From Trueperaceae bacterium (lineage in GTDB: Bacteria; Deinococcota; Deinococci; Deinococcales; Trueperaceae): DNA of 64,000 nt. The position numbers and the translations under genes were made by a program. The DNA lies in the NCBI GenBank assembly GCA_965213925.1, contig OZ243927.1:1152001-1216000 (forward strand). Direction: 5' to 3'. Below are positions 38,531 to 48,900 of the stretch, in pieces. The notes beneath the pieces were generated by a model, which was not told the DNA's origin, ran no database searches, and saw nothing but the letters and a program-made list of their open reading frames with translations. How positions within the stretch are numbered: the first letter of the stretch is position 1; every line of letters begins with the position of its first letter.

Positions 38531-40696
38531 TCAAACCTCGACTCGAGCCCCTTCCCTCTCGCTCACCTGCGCCGCCTGGATCGCGGTGAGGGCGATTGTG
38601 TAGACGATGTCTTCGACCAGGGCCCCTCTCGAGAGGTCGTTCACGGGCTTGCGCAGACCTTGGAGCATCGGACCGATACTGATCACGTTGGCGCTACGCT
38701 GCACCGCCTTATACGTCGTGTTGCCCGTGTTGAGGTCGGGGAAGACGAAGACCGTCGCCCGTCCCGCCACCTCGCTGTCGGGCGCTTTGCTCTCGGCGAC
38801 GGCGCGAATGGCCGCCGCGTCGTACTGGAGCGGACCGTCGATCAACAGCTCGGGGCGGGCGGCTTGCGCGAGCCTGGTCGCCTCCTTGACCTTTTCCACG
38901 TCGCTACCGGTGCCCGACGCGCCGGTGCTATACGAGAGCATCGCCACGCGCGGCTCGATGCCGAACGCTTGCGCGGACTCGGCGCTCCTCACAGCGATGT
39001 CGGCTAGCTCTTCGGGGTTAGGGTCGGGGTTCACGGCGCAGTCGCCGTAGACCAGGACCTGCTCGGGCAAACACATAAAAAACACTGAAGAGACGACCTT
39101 GACGCCCGGCGCGGTCTTGATGAGCTGAAACGCGGGGCGGATCGTGTTGGCGGTGGTGTGCACCGCGCCCGACACGAGCCCGTCCACCTCGCCCTGCGCT
39201 AACATCATCGTGCCCAAAGCGACGGTGTCGTGGAGGATTTCTCTCGCCACCGTCGCACTCAGCCCCCTGTGTTTGCGCAGTTCGACCATCGGCGCGACGT
39301 AATCTTCAATGACCTCTTGCGGCGCGATGATCTCTAGGTCCTCGTGCAGGCGGATGCCTCCTTGCACGGCGACACGCTTCACCTCGCTAGGGTCCGCCAA
39401 CAAGACGCAGTGCGCGATACCCCGCTCCTCGCAGAGGCTCGCCGCTTGTAAGGTGCGCGGCTCGCTCCCTTCGGGCAGCACGACGCGCCTGCGCGCCTCC
39501 TTCGCGCGCTCGACTAGGAGGTGGCGAAAGGCGGGAGGGCTCAGCCGACGCTCGTCCGGGTTGAGCTGGAGCCGCGCCTCTAACGCCCCGAGGTCGAGCC
39601 GCGCCGCCACGCTTCTAATCGTGAGGTCGACGCGCTCGCGGTCGTCTAGGGGAATCTCTAAATTCATGCTGCGCACGGCGAGCGCCGCTTGAAAGGAATC
39701 CTGCGGCACGAGCAGTACGGGCAACCCTGTCTCTAAGCCCTGCCTGCAGAGGTCTAAAAGCGCGTCTTTCGGCCTGAGCTTGTTCGTCAGCAGCAGCGCG
39801 GCGATAGGCTGACCATTTAGCGCCGCCATGACCGCTGCCAACACGAGGTCGACGCGGTCGCCGCCCGTGATAAAGAGCGTGCCGGGTAGGAGTCGCTGGG
39901 CGGCGTTGAGCGTCGTGCTCGCGCCGAGCGCCACATCGGTGACGCGCCGCTCTAAGTCGCCTTCGTTCAAGACTTCCGCGTCAATTTGACGCAGCACGTC
40001 GCGCACGCGGGGCGCGAGCAGGTCGCGTTGCCAAGGGATACAGCCGAGCAGCTTGAAGTCGCCTTCAAAGACCGCCGCGCCTTTAAGCGCCTCGGTGCGG
40101 CGGCGCGTCCTCTCCTCCATCTCCTCCTCGGGGGGTAAGTCGAGCTGCAAAAAGCCGCTGCTCTGGGGCGCGCCGACCTGGTTCAAGACGCAGCCCAGCA
40201 CGCGCGGATGCGTCACGCCGCCGAAATCTCTGGCGGTCAGCTCGAGCACGTCCGTCAGCGCCTCGGGGCTGCGCTCGCCCGGCGCGGTGACGAGGATCAC
40301 GTCCGCGTCCAGGCTCTGCGCGACGCTCGCGTTGAGACCTGCCGCGTAGGGCTGTTGCGGCGTCGAGACGAGTCCCTCCAAAACGACGATGTCCGCGCCC
40401 TTGGCTGCCTCTTGCGCCCGAACCACGACCTCTTCTAAAAGTTGGTTTTGCTCGCCGCGACTGTACAGGTCTTCGGCGCGCGCCATGTCGATAGGCGTGG
40501 GCGGGGTGAGGCTCGAGACCATCTCCACGAGCCGCGTCGAGCGCTCCGGTCCCTTATCCGAAAGGTGGCGCTGCGCGATGGGCTTGGCGAAGCCGACCGG
40601 CGTCCCGCTTCGGTCGAGCGCGTGAACGAGCCCCACCGATACGGTGGTCAAGCCGACGCGCACGCCCGTAGGAACCGTCATGATGTACTGAGCCAT
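38531..40696 (-). CDS. pta: Phosphate acetyltransferase (long form with N-terminal regulatory/DRTGG region)
   Basis: VVLPEGSEPR, SGAVHTTANTIRPA, YGDCAVNPDP, FPDLNTGNTTYKAVQR and PVNDLSRG. Confidence 0.95.
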   Translation of the reverse strand: MAQYIMTVPTGVRVGLTTVSVGLVHALDRSGTPVGFAKPIAQRHLSDKGPERSTRLVEMVSSLTPPTPIDMARAEDLYSRGEQNQLLEEVVVRAQEAAKGADIVVLEGLVSTPQQPYAAGLNASVAQSLDADVILVTAPGERSPEALTDVLELTARDFGGVTHPRVLGCVLNQVGAPQSSGFLQLDLPPEEEMEERTRRRTEALKGAAVFEGDFKLLGCIPWQRDLLAPRVRDVLRQIDAEVLNEGDLERRVTDVALGASTTLNAAQRLLPGTLFITGGDRVDLVLAAVMAALNGQPIAALLLTNKLRPKDALLDLCRQGLETGLPVLLVPQDSFQAALAVRSMNLEIPLDDRERVDLTIRSVAARLDLGALEARLQLNPDERRLSPPAFRHLLVERAKEARRRVVLPEGSEPRTLQAASLCEERGIAHCVLLADPSEVKRVAVQGGIRLHEDLEIIAPQEVIEDYVAPMVELRKHRGLSATVAREILHDTVALGTMMLAQGEVDGLVSGAVHTTANTIRPAFQLIKTAPGVKVVSSVFFMCLPEQVLVYGDCAVNPDPNPEELADIAVRSAESAQAFGIEPRVAMLSYSTGASGTGSDVEKVKEATRLAQAARPELLIDGPLQYDAAAIRAVAESKAPDSEVAGRATVFVFPDLNTGNTTYKAVQRSANVISIGPMLQGLRKPVNDLSRGALVEDIVYTIALTAIQAAQVSEREGARVEV

Positions 40697-41308
40697 AGCT
40701 CTCCTTTTCTTATGTTGCAGCGCGCCTCGTTCGTCCCTAGTTGATTGCGGCGTCAGGTCCGCTCAGTTGGAGGGTCTTTATGCGAACGCTCGAGCCTCAT
40801 AACGGGCTTGGGACTTCAGGGCGCGCAGCGCTCGCGTCACTTAAAGGGTACCCAGGGGTCCTTTAGACGACTGTGGGCGGTGCCGCCAATTCACGCTTTC
40901 CGCTCGGTCGCTTTGCCGCTCGCATTTGTTACAGCAAACTCAAGGGTGAGCCCGCAATCTCTAGCGGGAGCGTGCCCCGCGCAATGCGGCGTTGCTACGG
41001 CTAGAAGTAAACATGGTTGATTAGCTAATGCTCGAGCCTTGCAAAAATATATGAACCCGCCTGGAGACGCATTTCTTTACCCAAAGCTTTTAGCTATCAA
41101 CGGTCGGATATTCGCTCAAAAGCCTTTGCTGAAAGCTAAGGGCTCATTGCTCGGCGTTAAAACGTTTTACAGTCAATGAGTCAGTGCAAAACGTGAGTAA
41201 TGGCAACGTATAGAGCCGCTGCAAGCACCGCTTTCACCGCGCTCCTTTCACTCACTCTTTATTTTCTTCATCGTTCGGACCTGAGCACGCGACCTCATGT
41301 TACGCTAA

Positions 41309-41324
41309 TGTGGAAAACTTCACA
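41309..41324. promoter_or_regulatory. CRP-family-like box
   Basis: TGTGG-aaaact-TCACA, 9/10 match to TGTGA-N6-TCACA. Confidence 0.45.
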
Positions 41325-41469
41325 CGCGGACCTTAGCACTACGCTTCGGGGACGGCACCTACCGAGGACGACCTCAAGATTTTCGCTCTGGAACGGCGGC
41401 GTAACACCTACCCGCTTACACTCACGTATCACCGGGGGCGCACAACGTGCGACCGAAACAGGGGGTTTC

Positions 41470-41724
41470 ATGAACTTGCTACGCACCACACCGACGACAA
41501 CCGCGAAGCCAGACCTAAAAACCGAAGTGGACCTAGGCGCTGAGCGAGAGACGCCGAGCTTGAGCGCCCGACTCGCCTGGCAGTTTGCGGTCGTGCTCAT
41601 TTTGCTCACCACGTTTTGCTTAGGTTTTCCGCAGTTTCACTACACCGCCGCGCTGATGGTTGCTGCGATCCTCCGCTACAAGGATACGCCCGGCGACATC
41701 TTCGCGCCCGTCTCATTCGGATGA
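41470..41724 (+). CDS. Small membrane protein
   Basis: ATG after AGGGGG; hydrophobic C-terminal half; ATGA overlap with the next gene. Confidence 0.5.
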   Translation: MNLLRTTPTTTAKPDLKTEVDLGAERETPSLSARLAWQFAVVLILLTTFCLGFPQFHYTAALMVAAILRYKDTPGDIFAPVSFG

Positions 41725-42344
41725 ACCCGCGAGTCAAGTCACGAGTGATGCGGCTTGCGCTGCTCCTACTCGCGCTGGGTTTCGCTCACGCGCTAGCGCA
41801 GTCTCATCAACCTTTGAACGAGTCGGACGTGCGCGTAGAAGCGTCCCCGTACGAGACCCCGAGCGTCGCGCAACTGCGCGCCCTCCCCGCCGAAAGCTGG
41901 CCGGCTGACGTCGGCGGGCTAGCGCTCCGCTATCATCTGGTCAGTTTGGAAGGGTTCTCGTCGTTAGGGTATTTCGTCTTCTCCCCAGCGACGCAGACGT
42001 GCCATATCTACATCGACACGTGGCTCGCCAACCACGCCAGCCAAGCGGAGCACCTCGCGGTCGTTTTCCACGAGGTCGGGCACTGCGTCGATGCGGTGAC
42101 GTTGCGCTCTAACCACAATGCGTTCGTCCGTGAGGGCTGCGTCTACGGCGCGTATTACTGCGCGCCCGCCGAAGGTTACGCCGAAGCGTGGCGCTACGCC
42201 TACACCGCGCGGTGTGGTCTCGACGCCGCAACGATCGGTTACGAAGTGAACGCCGCTGACGAGTCCGCGACGCGCTGCGCACTTCCGACTGCCGAAGCGG
42301 TGCTGCCGCCACTTTCTGCGGAGCACCTCGCTAACACGCACTGA
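41721..42344 (+). CDS. Secreted zincin-like metallopeptidase (HEXXH)
   Basis: Signal peptide (LALLLLALGFAHALA), VVFHEVGH and downstream EGYAEAW. Confidence 0.7.
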   Translation: MNPRVKSRVMRLALLLLALGFAHALAQSHQPLNESDVRVEASPYETPSVAQLRALPAESWPADVGGLALRYHLVSLEGFSSLGYFVFSPATQTCHIYIDTWLANHASQAEHLAVVFHEVGHCVDAVTLRSNHNAFVREGCVYGAYYCAPAEGYAEAWRYAYTARCGLDAATIGYEVNAADESATRCALPTAEAVLPPLSAEHLANTH

Positions 42345-42379
42345 TTACAGCGTTAATCAAGTTTTGCTACTTATTAGCA

Positions 42380-42578
42380 TGTCACCCTGTTCACGAAGTA
42401 GAGCGAAGCTTCGGCGAAGGCGTAAGGGTCTCGGTTGGCTATGCCAAAACTGTGTAACTTTCGTTCTCTGTCAGAGGAGTCAGCAAGGTCAGAGATTCTT
42501 ACACTCCGCTTCGCTCTCCTTCGGTTACGTAGTTTTCGCTTTTGCGAAAGGTACTGACGTGAACCGTTCAGAATGACG
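42380..42578. repeat. Long imperfect inverted repeat (REP-like)
   Basis: TGTCACCCTG..GAGCGAAGC..GTAAGGGTCTC on the left; GAGATTCTTAC..GCTTCGCTC..CAGAATGAC on the right; lies between convergent genes. Confidence 0.7.
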
Positions 42579-42695
42579 TGTTTCATCTTTTGGCTAACAG
42601 TGTACTAATGATTATGGCAGGTGTATAGGGCACGCTAAATAGCGAAGCTCAATCTACCTCGGACGCAGGTATTGATTTAGAACTAGATGCTGACT

Positions 42696-42983
42696 TTAGT
42701 GCGGGGCTCTGGCGTGCTGAGGTCTGTGACGCGGCGCGCTCTTGGCTGCGTTACTGGTCAAATAGAAGAGGTCTGCAAGCTCCATATTGATGTTGAGCAG
42801 CTCTTTATCTCTAGGACCGCGGCGCAGCCGCTCTTTGCATGAGCTGACCTTCTGAGCGATGCGTTCGCCCTCGTTCGCGCCGTAGCGCCGCCCCGGTAGG
42901 GGTTGCAAGCGGCCTTCGATGCGCTCGATGAGCCCATAGGCTGCGCCCCTATGTTGTTCCCTTTGGTGCTTCGAAAGTTTCAT
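42696..42983 (-). CDS. Hypothetical basic protein
   Basis: 95-aa ORF with GAGG SD; no motif recognised. Confidence 0.5.
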   Translation of the reverse strand: MKLSKHQREQHRGAAYGLIERIEGRLQPLPGRRYGANEGERIAQKVSSCKERLRRGPRDKELLNINMELADLFYLTSNAAKSAPRHRPQHARAPH

Positions 42984-43262
42984 GTATGAGTACCTCGTTA
43001 ATCTTTATAACAATATTATCATGACAAACTTCTTACGTAAAGAGGTTAAAGCACGCAAACGCACCAAAATGGAGTCCGCATAAGCGTGTCAGCCAGAGCG
43101 AGTTTCTTTCGTCTACGACAGCACTGATGAAAAAAAGGTGCGTTTGCGAGGTGTTTAAGGTCGCGCGAGCGCTCTAGCTAAAACTACGTTGCTCGAGGAC
43201 GTCTACATCAACATTGCCGACAGATGAACTGACCCCACGGCGATAGAGCCTTTGTCGTAGCG

Positions 43263-43290
43263 GCGTGTCACTACTCAGACACGCTTTTTT
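43263..43290 (+). terminator. Intrinsic terminator upstream of the lipoprotein operon (candidate attenuator)
   Basis: GCGTGTC-actactca-GACACGC-TTTTTT with no plus-strand CDS ending nearby. Confidence 0.7.
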
Positions 43291-43629
43291 GAACCACCAG
43301 AACAACTGAATCTAAAACGTAACGCTGGCGGAACGGGCGTTTGAGAACAATGTGAAACAGAGGTTAGACATGAGGCGCTCGCCGCTAGGGAGTGCGGCGA
43401 GCCATCATGACGTCCTCGCTGTCAATTGCGCTATAGGTGGCTCTTCACACAGCCACAAGGAGCGCGACAAGGCAGCAACGCCCACACATAGGAGGTTCTT
43501 AAAACTACGTCTCGCTACGCCTTTTCCTTCTTCACAAGAGGCTACGTTTTGCCTGAGTGTCACCTTCCCACGGTCCGCTTCCTAGTGACCCAAGGCGCTC
43601 ACGCACCACTCAACAGTACAGGAGTTTAG

Positions 43630-45900
43630 ATGAGAAATACCAACCCTACAAAAGCCTTGACCTTCGCGTTAGGCTTTCTCGCGCTGTTCGTCTTAGCAGC
43701 TTGCTCGGACGTCGCGTTGCGGGAGCCAGGCGTCGCCATCGAGGTGCAAGCCATCGCCGACGAGGTCGATACGGTGACCCTCGAGGTCAACGGTCAGGTC
43801 CTCTCGAAAGACGCCACGAGCGGCTCCGTGACCTTTAGCCTTAAAGACCTTCCGCTCGGTCAAACGACCTTCACGGCGCGCGGTTTAGACGGCGACATCG
43901 TGCTCTACAAGGCGAATAAAACCGTCAACCTCGTCGCCAACCAGCCTCCGGTGTCTTTGACCATGAGCCGCATCAGCAGCAGCGTCACGGTCGACGCTAA
44001 GGTTGCGAGCGGCGCGGCGCTGAGCGACGACGAGGTCGTCGTCGCGAAGGTCGCGGGTGGGCTCACACAGCGGCTGGTCGTCAGTGGTGACGGCAAGAGC
44101 GCAACGGGTACGCTCGCGGGCGTCCCAACGGGTATCAATACCCTTACCGTCAACGTGTACGAGGACATGACCTTAGCGACGTTGACGCGCCAAGGCAGCA
44201 CCGAAATCGCCCTTTCGGAGGACGACATCACCGTTCCGGTCGATCTCGTCTCGCTGACCTCGAGCCAAGTTGCGCCAGACGAGCCTGTTATCACCTTGCC
44301 CACGGAGCCTGTTGTCCAGGGCGAGGCGTTCGATATTTCCGTTCAGGTGAATGACGCCAACGGCGACCCCTTGAGCGTGAAAGTCATCTGGGGTGACGGC
44401 AACGTCAGCGCGCCTAAAACGGCCAACGACCCTTACAGCGCGCCTCTGACGTTCACGCACACCTACACAGCGCCAGACACCGAACAAGACATTACGGTTA
44501 TCGTTGATGACGGCGCGCTTAGCGCTCAGGACACGAAAACTGTTCAAGTCACTATTCCCGCGGACGACACCACCGACGTGGACGTCATCATCGACACCGA
44601 AGAGCTGAGCACCGTGACGCTCACCGTGACGGACGTGCCGGCGAGCGCCAAGCAGGTCCAAGCCGTGATCACGCCAGCCAGCGACGCTGAACTCACCTCG
44701 CTCGACCTCAAAGACGAATACGTGGTTGAACTCGTTCCCCAAGGCGGCGGCACCTGGAGCGCGACGGTCGGGTTGCCCCAGAACGTCACCTATAGCGCAA
44801 CGACGAACGCGCTCGACGAGAACGGCGCGGTTATCGCCTCGAACGAAGTGACCTTTACGCCCACTGAGAAGACGACGAACGTTTCCTCGGTCCTCACTGA
44901 CGGTTCGGGCGGCACAGGCGACGACAACGCCGACCCCGTTGCAAACGCCGGAGCCGACAAGACCGTCACCGACAGCGATAAAAGCGGTTTCGAAAGCGTG
45001 ACCTTAGACGGCTCTAAAAGTGCAGACAGCGACGGCAGCATCGTCAGCTACACGTGGAGCGCAAACGGCGTGAGCATCCCGGCGGGCGCGTCCACCTCGG
45101 CTGACTTCCCCGTGGGCAGCACGACGGTTACGCTCACCGTCAAAGACGACGACGGCGCGACCGATACCGACAAAGTCATCATCACCGTCAAAGCGCCCGC
45201 TGTGCCAGACAACAAAGCCCCTACCGCCGACGCCGGGTCGGATAAAACCGTCACCGACAGCGACGACAACGGCTCTGAGAGCGTCACGCTAGACGGCTCT
45301 GGTAGCTCCGACGACGACGGCACGATCAGCTATAGCTGGAGCAAAAACGGCAACGAGATTGCCACAGGCGCGAAGCCTACGGTAACGCTCGGCGTCGGCA
45401 CGCACACCGTCACCTTGACCGTCAAAGATGACGACGGCGCGACCGACACGGATACCGTAACGGTCACTGTGAAAGCAGCGCCGGTCAGCACCGCGCTCGC
45501 CATCGTACCCGTAAGCACGACCTGCAGCAGCGCCACGAAGGTCGGCGACGCCTGCACCATCTCCGTCGCGCTGAAGAACTATGACGGAGAGTTCTACGGC
45601 TTCGATTTCGGCTTTAGCTTCAGCAACGACAACTACAGCTTGGATTTAGTGACTAAAGGCGCGAACTTAGGTGGCTCATGGTCAGTCTTAGGGTTTACCT
45701 CAGTTTCGGGTGCCAGCTTGAATCCCGCCACGGGAGACGGAGAAATCGCCGTGTTCAACGTGACTAAAGACAAGGCTGGCAGCACGTCATTCGCTACGAT
45801 CATCGACCCCGACCTCCACTTGCTGAACCCTAACGGAAACCCGTTTAGCGGAGCGCCGGTCATCAGGAATATCGAAGCCGGAACCATCAACCTTCCGTAA
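43630..45900 (+). CDS. Lipoprotein with Ig/PKD domains and a C-terminal cohesin-like domain (scaffold-like)
   Basis: Lipobox VLAAC (Cys25); PKD WGDG..HTY; two PVANAG/PTADAG..TVTLTVKDDDGATDTD repeats; C-terminal VGDACTISVALKN..YGFDFGFSF..ATGDGEIAVFNVT. Confidence 0.8.
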   Translation: MRNTNPTKALTFALGFLALFVLAACSDVALREPGVAIEVQAIADEVDTVTLEVNGQVLSKDATSGSVTFSLKDLPLGQTTFTARGLDGDIVLYKANKTVNLVANQPPVSLTMSRISSSVTVDAKVASGAALSDDEVVVAKVAGGLTQRLVVSGDGKSATGTLAGVPTGINTLTVNVYEDMTLATLTRQGSTEIALSEDDITVPVDLVSLTSSQVAPDEPVITLPTEPVVQGEAFDISVQVNDANGDPLSVKVIWGDGNVSAPKTANDPYSAPLTFTHTYTAPDTEQDITVIVDDGALSAQDTKTVQVTIPADDTTDVDVIIDTEELSTVTLTVTDVPASAKQVQAVITPASDAELTSLDLKDEYVVELVPQGGGTWSATVGLPQNVTYSATTNALDENGAVIASNEVTFTPTEKTTNVSSVLTDGSGGTGDDNADPVANAGADKTVTDSDKSGFESVTLDGSKSADSDGSIVSYTWSANGVSIPAGASTSADFPVGSTTVTLTVKDDDGATDTDKVIITVKAPAVPDNKAPTADAGSDKTVTDSDDNGSESVTLDGSGSSDDDGTISYSWSKNGNEIATGAKPTVTLGVGTHTVTLTVKDDDGATDTDTVTVTVKAAPVSTALAIVPVSTTCSSATKVGDACTISVALKNYDGEFYGFDFGFSFSNDNYSLDLVTKGANLGGSWSVLGFTSVSGASLNPATGDGEIAVFNVTKDKAGSTSFATIIDPDLHLLNPNGNPFSGAPVIRNIEAGTINLP
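44935..45477 (+). repeat. Tandem duplication of a ~95-aa PKD-like domain
   Basis: Units start at 44935 and 45220, both with DKTVTDSD..ESVTLDGS..TVTLTVKDDDGATDTD. Confidence 0.85.
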
Positions 45901-45945
45901 AGAACACCTTAAACCCTCCGAACCCTTACGTTTCATCTAGCACGC

Positions 45946-45983
45946 CGCGCACACCGAATAGAGAGGTCTATTCGGTGTGCGCG
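45946..45983 (+). other. Perfect 17-bp intergenic stem-loop without U-tract
   Basis: CGCGCACACCGAATAGA-gagg-TCTATTCGGTGTGCGCG just before the AAGGAG SD. Confidence 0.85.
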
Positions 45984-45996
45984 ACGAAAGGAGTCT

Positions 45997-48900
45997 ATGT
46001 CTCACCACCTTTCACCTCGCTCCTTGAGAGCCTCCTTGAGCTTTCTCGGCCTTCTCCTCCTCCTCGTCGCCTGCGGTCGGGGCGGACCTTCTGGGGAGTA
46101 CCTGACGACCTACTTCGAAGTGCCAGCAGGCACCGCCGCCTTAGACGCCACCTTGAGCTATGACCCAGCAGCCCTCGAGTACCTAGGCGCAGCCTCAACC
46201 CAAGAGCAGGTCATGGTCGAAGCGAACGCCCACGCCGAGCGCGTCAAGCTCGCTAGCATCACCCTCAGCCCCGAAGGAAAACGCCTCGCCTTCGTGACCT
46301 TCAAGGTCAAACAGGGCGGCAGCGAGCCTAGCTTACAAAGCGCCTCTGCCTACACCTCAGCAGGCACGCCTCTAGGCAGGGTCACCGTGCGCAGCGAGCG
46401 CAGCGAACAAGACCTCGCCGCAAACTACCGCACCCCTGCAAGCCTCACCTCGCAAGCGGTGTCCGCACAAGACTTAGACCTCCAAGCCTCCTTCGCCGAA
46501 CGCTTACTCGGCGACGTCATTCCCGATAACGACAGCAACCCCAGCAACGACCTCAACTCGGTGGACGCCTTAGGCGTCTTGCAGCTCGCAGCAGGTGCAC
46601 TCAGCGCGCCAAGCGACCTGCAGCTCTACCTCGCCGACCTCGACACGAGCGGCACGGTCAACTCTATAGACGCACAAATCTCGCTGCTTAAAGCAGCGGA
46701 CGGCGACCTCGACGCCACCTTGCGGGCGACGCCTGACGCCTTACAACTCGAAGTGGGCGAGACCGGGCTGATCTTAGCGGGCAACGCGGGCAACGCGCCC
46801 TTGACGCTCGCTCTGCCGCAGGTGGACGGTGTGACGATCACGCAAGTCGGAGGCATTGCGAACCAGACGGCGGCTTATGAAGTGACGCCTGGTAGCGAAG
46901 CGAAGAGTGGGCTGATTGTGCTTGATGCGGGGAGTGCGGGGCGTAGAAGCGTCGGGCTACTCGTCAGCGGCGAGCCCATGCCAACTTTTGAACCCATCCG
47001 CATCAACGCGGGTGGCAAGCAGTATACGGACACCTCTGGAAACATTTGGAGCGCTGACCAGCACTTTAACGGCGGCCAAAATTGGCCCTCTACGCCCAAA
47101 AACGAGCCTATCGCGAACACCGAAAACGACGAACTCTATCAGACCGAGCGTAGCGCCAGCAAAGACCTGGGAACGTTTAGCTACGACATCCCTGTCGGCA
47201 GCGGCAGCTACACCGTCAAGTTGCACTTCGCCGAAATCTATTTTGGCGCGACCAACAGCCCTAGTGGACCCGGAGGCGCGGGCAAGCGCGTTTTTAGCGT
47301 CGATATTGAAGGTCAGAGTGACCTCTCCGGCTACGACATCAACGCCGACGTAGGACCGTCCACGGCGGTCGTTAAGACCTTCCCGAACGTGTCCGTCACG
47401 GACGGAGCCCTATCTCTGGACTTCTCTGCCAGCGTCAACCGCCCCAAAATCTCCGCTATCGAAATTCTCTCGGCAGAACCGACACCCGGCAAGCTCAGCG
47501 CTTCGTCCTCGAGCCTGGACTTCGGCTCTGTTGTCACGGGCAGCAGCAAAACCCAGAGCGTAACGCTGACGAACCTAGGCGAGTCGGGCGACACCAGCAT
47601 CGCTATCTCGAGCGTGTCGGTCGGTGGCGCGTTCAGCACCGACTTCGCTTCGACCACACTCGCCCCGGGCGCGTCGACCTCGTTCGACGTGACCTTCGCC
47701 CCGACTTCGACCGGAAACCAAAGCGCGCAGCTTAAAGTCGTTCACGACGCCCCCAACACGGCTTCGCCGATTACCATCACCCTCTCGGGCGAAGGCGCGA
47801 GTGACAGCGTCCCGACCGAGCCTTCCTTTAACTCGAGCGGTCTCGCAGGTGAATCCTCTAGCAATCCGACCTCGCTGCAGTTCGGTCCCGACGGCCGCCT
47901 CTACGTCGCGCAGCAGAACGGCACGATCTACGCCTACACCGTCGAGCGAGACGGCGCTAACGACTACAAGGTCGTCGATACCGAAGCGATCAACCACATC
48001 AAAAACATCCCTAACCACAACGACGACGGCACGAACTCGGGCGTGAATAACCGCCAAGTGACAGGGATTTACGTCACCGGCACGGCGAGCAACCCGGTGC
48101 TTTACGTCTCCTCGAGCGACCCCCGCATCGGCGCGGGCTCGGGTGGCGGCGACAAAGGGTTAGACACCAACTCCGGCGTCGTCTCACGCCTCACCTGGAC
48201 GGGCTCGAGCTGGTCGCATGTAGACCTGGTCCGCGGTCTGCCCCGTTCCGAGGAGAACCACGCCTCGAACGGCCTCCAACTTGACGAGGTCAACAACATC
48301 CTCTACCTGGCGCAAGGCGGTCACACCAACGCGGGCGCGCCCTCGAACAACTTCGCCTTCTCGACGGAGTACGCGCTCGCTGCCGCGATCCTCTCTATCG
48401 ACCTAAACGCTATCGGTAACACCACCTACGACCTGCCGACTTTGGACGACCCGACGCGCGATAACCTCGCGGACGGCTCCGACCCCGGCGACCCCTTCGG
48501 CGGCAACGACGGGCTCAACCAAGCCAAGCTCGTGCCTGGCGGTCCCGTGCAGATTTACTCGCCCGGCTACCGCAACGCCTACGACTTAGTCATCACCCAA
48601 GCGGGCCGCATGTACACCGTGGACAACGGCGCGAACGGCGGCTGGGGCGGTCATCCGGCGGGCGAAGCGGACGTTCCGAATGAAACGACGATCGGCAGCT
48701 GCACCAACGAATACTTGAGCGGCGAGCCCGGCTCGAAAGGCACCGGACCTGGCGGCGACTCCAAAGTCAACAACAAGGACAACTTGCACCTCGTCACCGC
48801 CGACTTCTACGCGGGTCACCCCACGCCGGTGCGCGGCAACCCGACGGGCGCAGGTCTCTACCTCGACAACCCCTACTTCAAAGGCTGGTTAGAGCCCGGC

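Noticed and set aside
40755..40830. tRNA D-arm-like GCTCAGTTGG
   Set aside because: No T-loop or acceptor pairing at the expected distances.
41333..41340. CIRCE operator for HrcA
   Set aside because: Only a TTAGCACT half-site with no matching GAGTGCTAA arm; no CIRCE was seen upstream of hrcA either.
43051..43100. c-di-GMP-I riboswitch (GCAAAC..GCATAAGC resemblance)
   Set aside because: The GNRA-capped stem and downstream conserved helix are not convincingly present; kept only as an unassigned structured leader.
43179..43510. Direct repeat TAAAACTACGT at about 43179 and 43500
   Set aside because: Only two copies 320 bp apart; a regulator site is possible but cannot be separated from chance.
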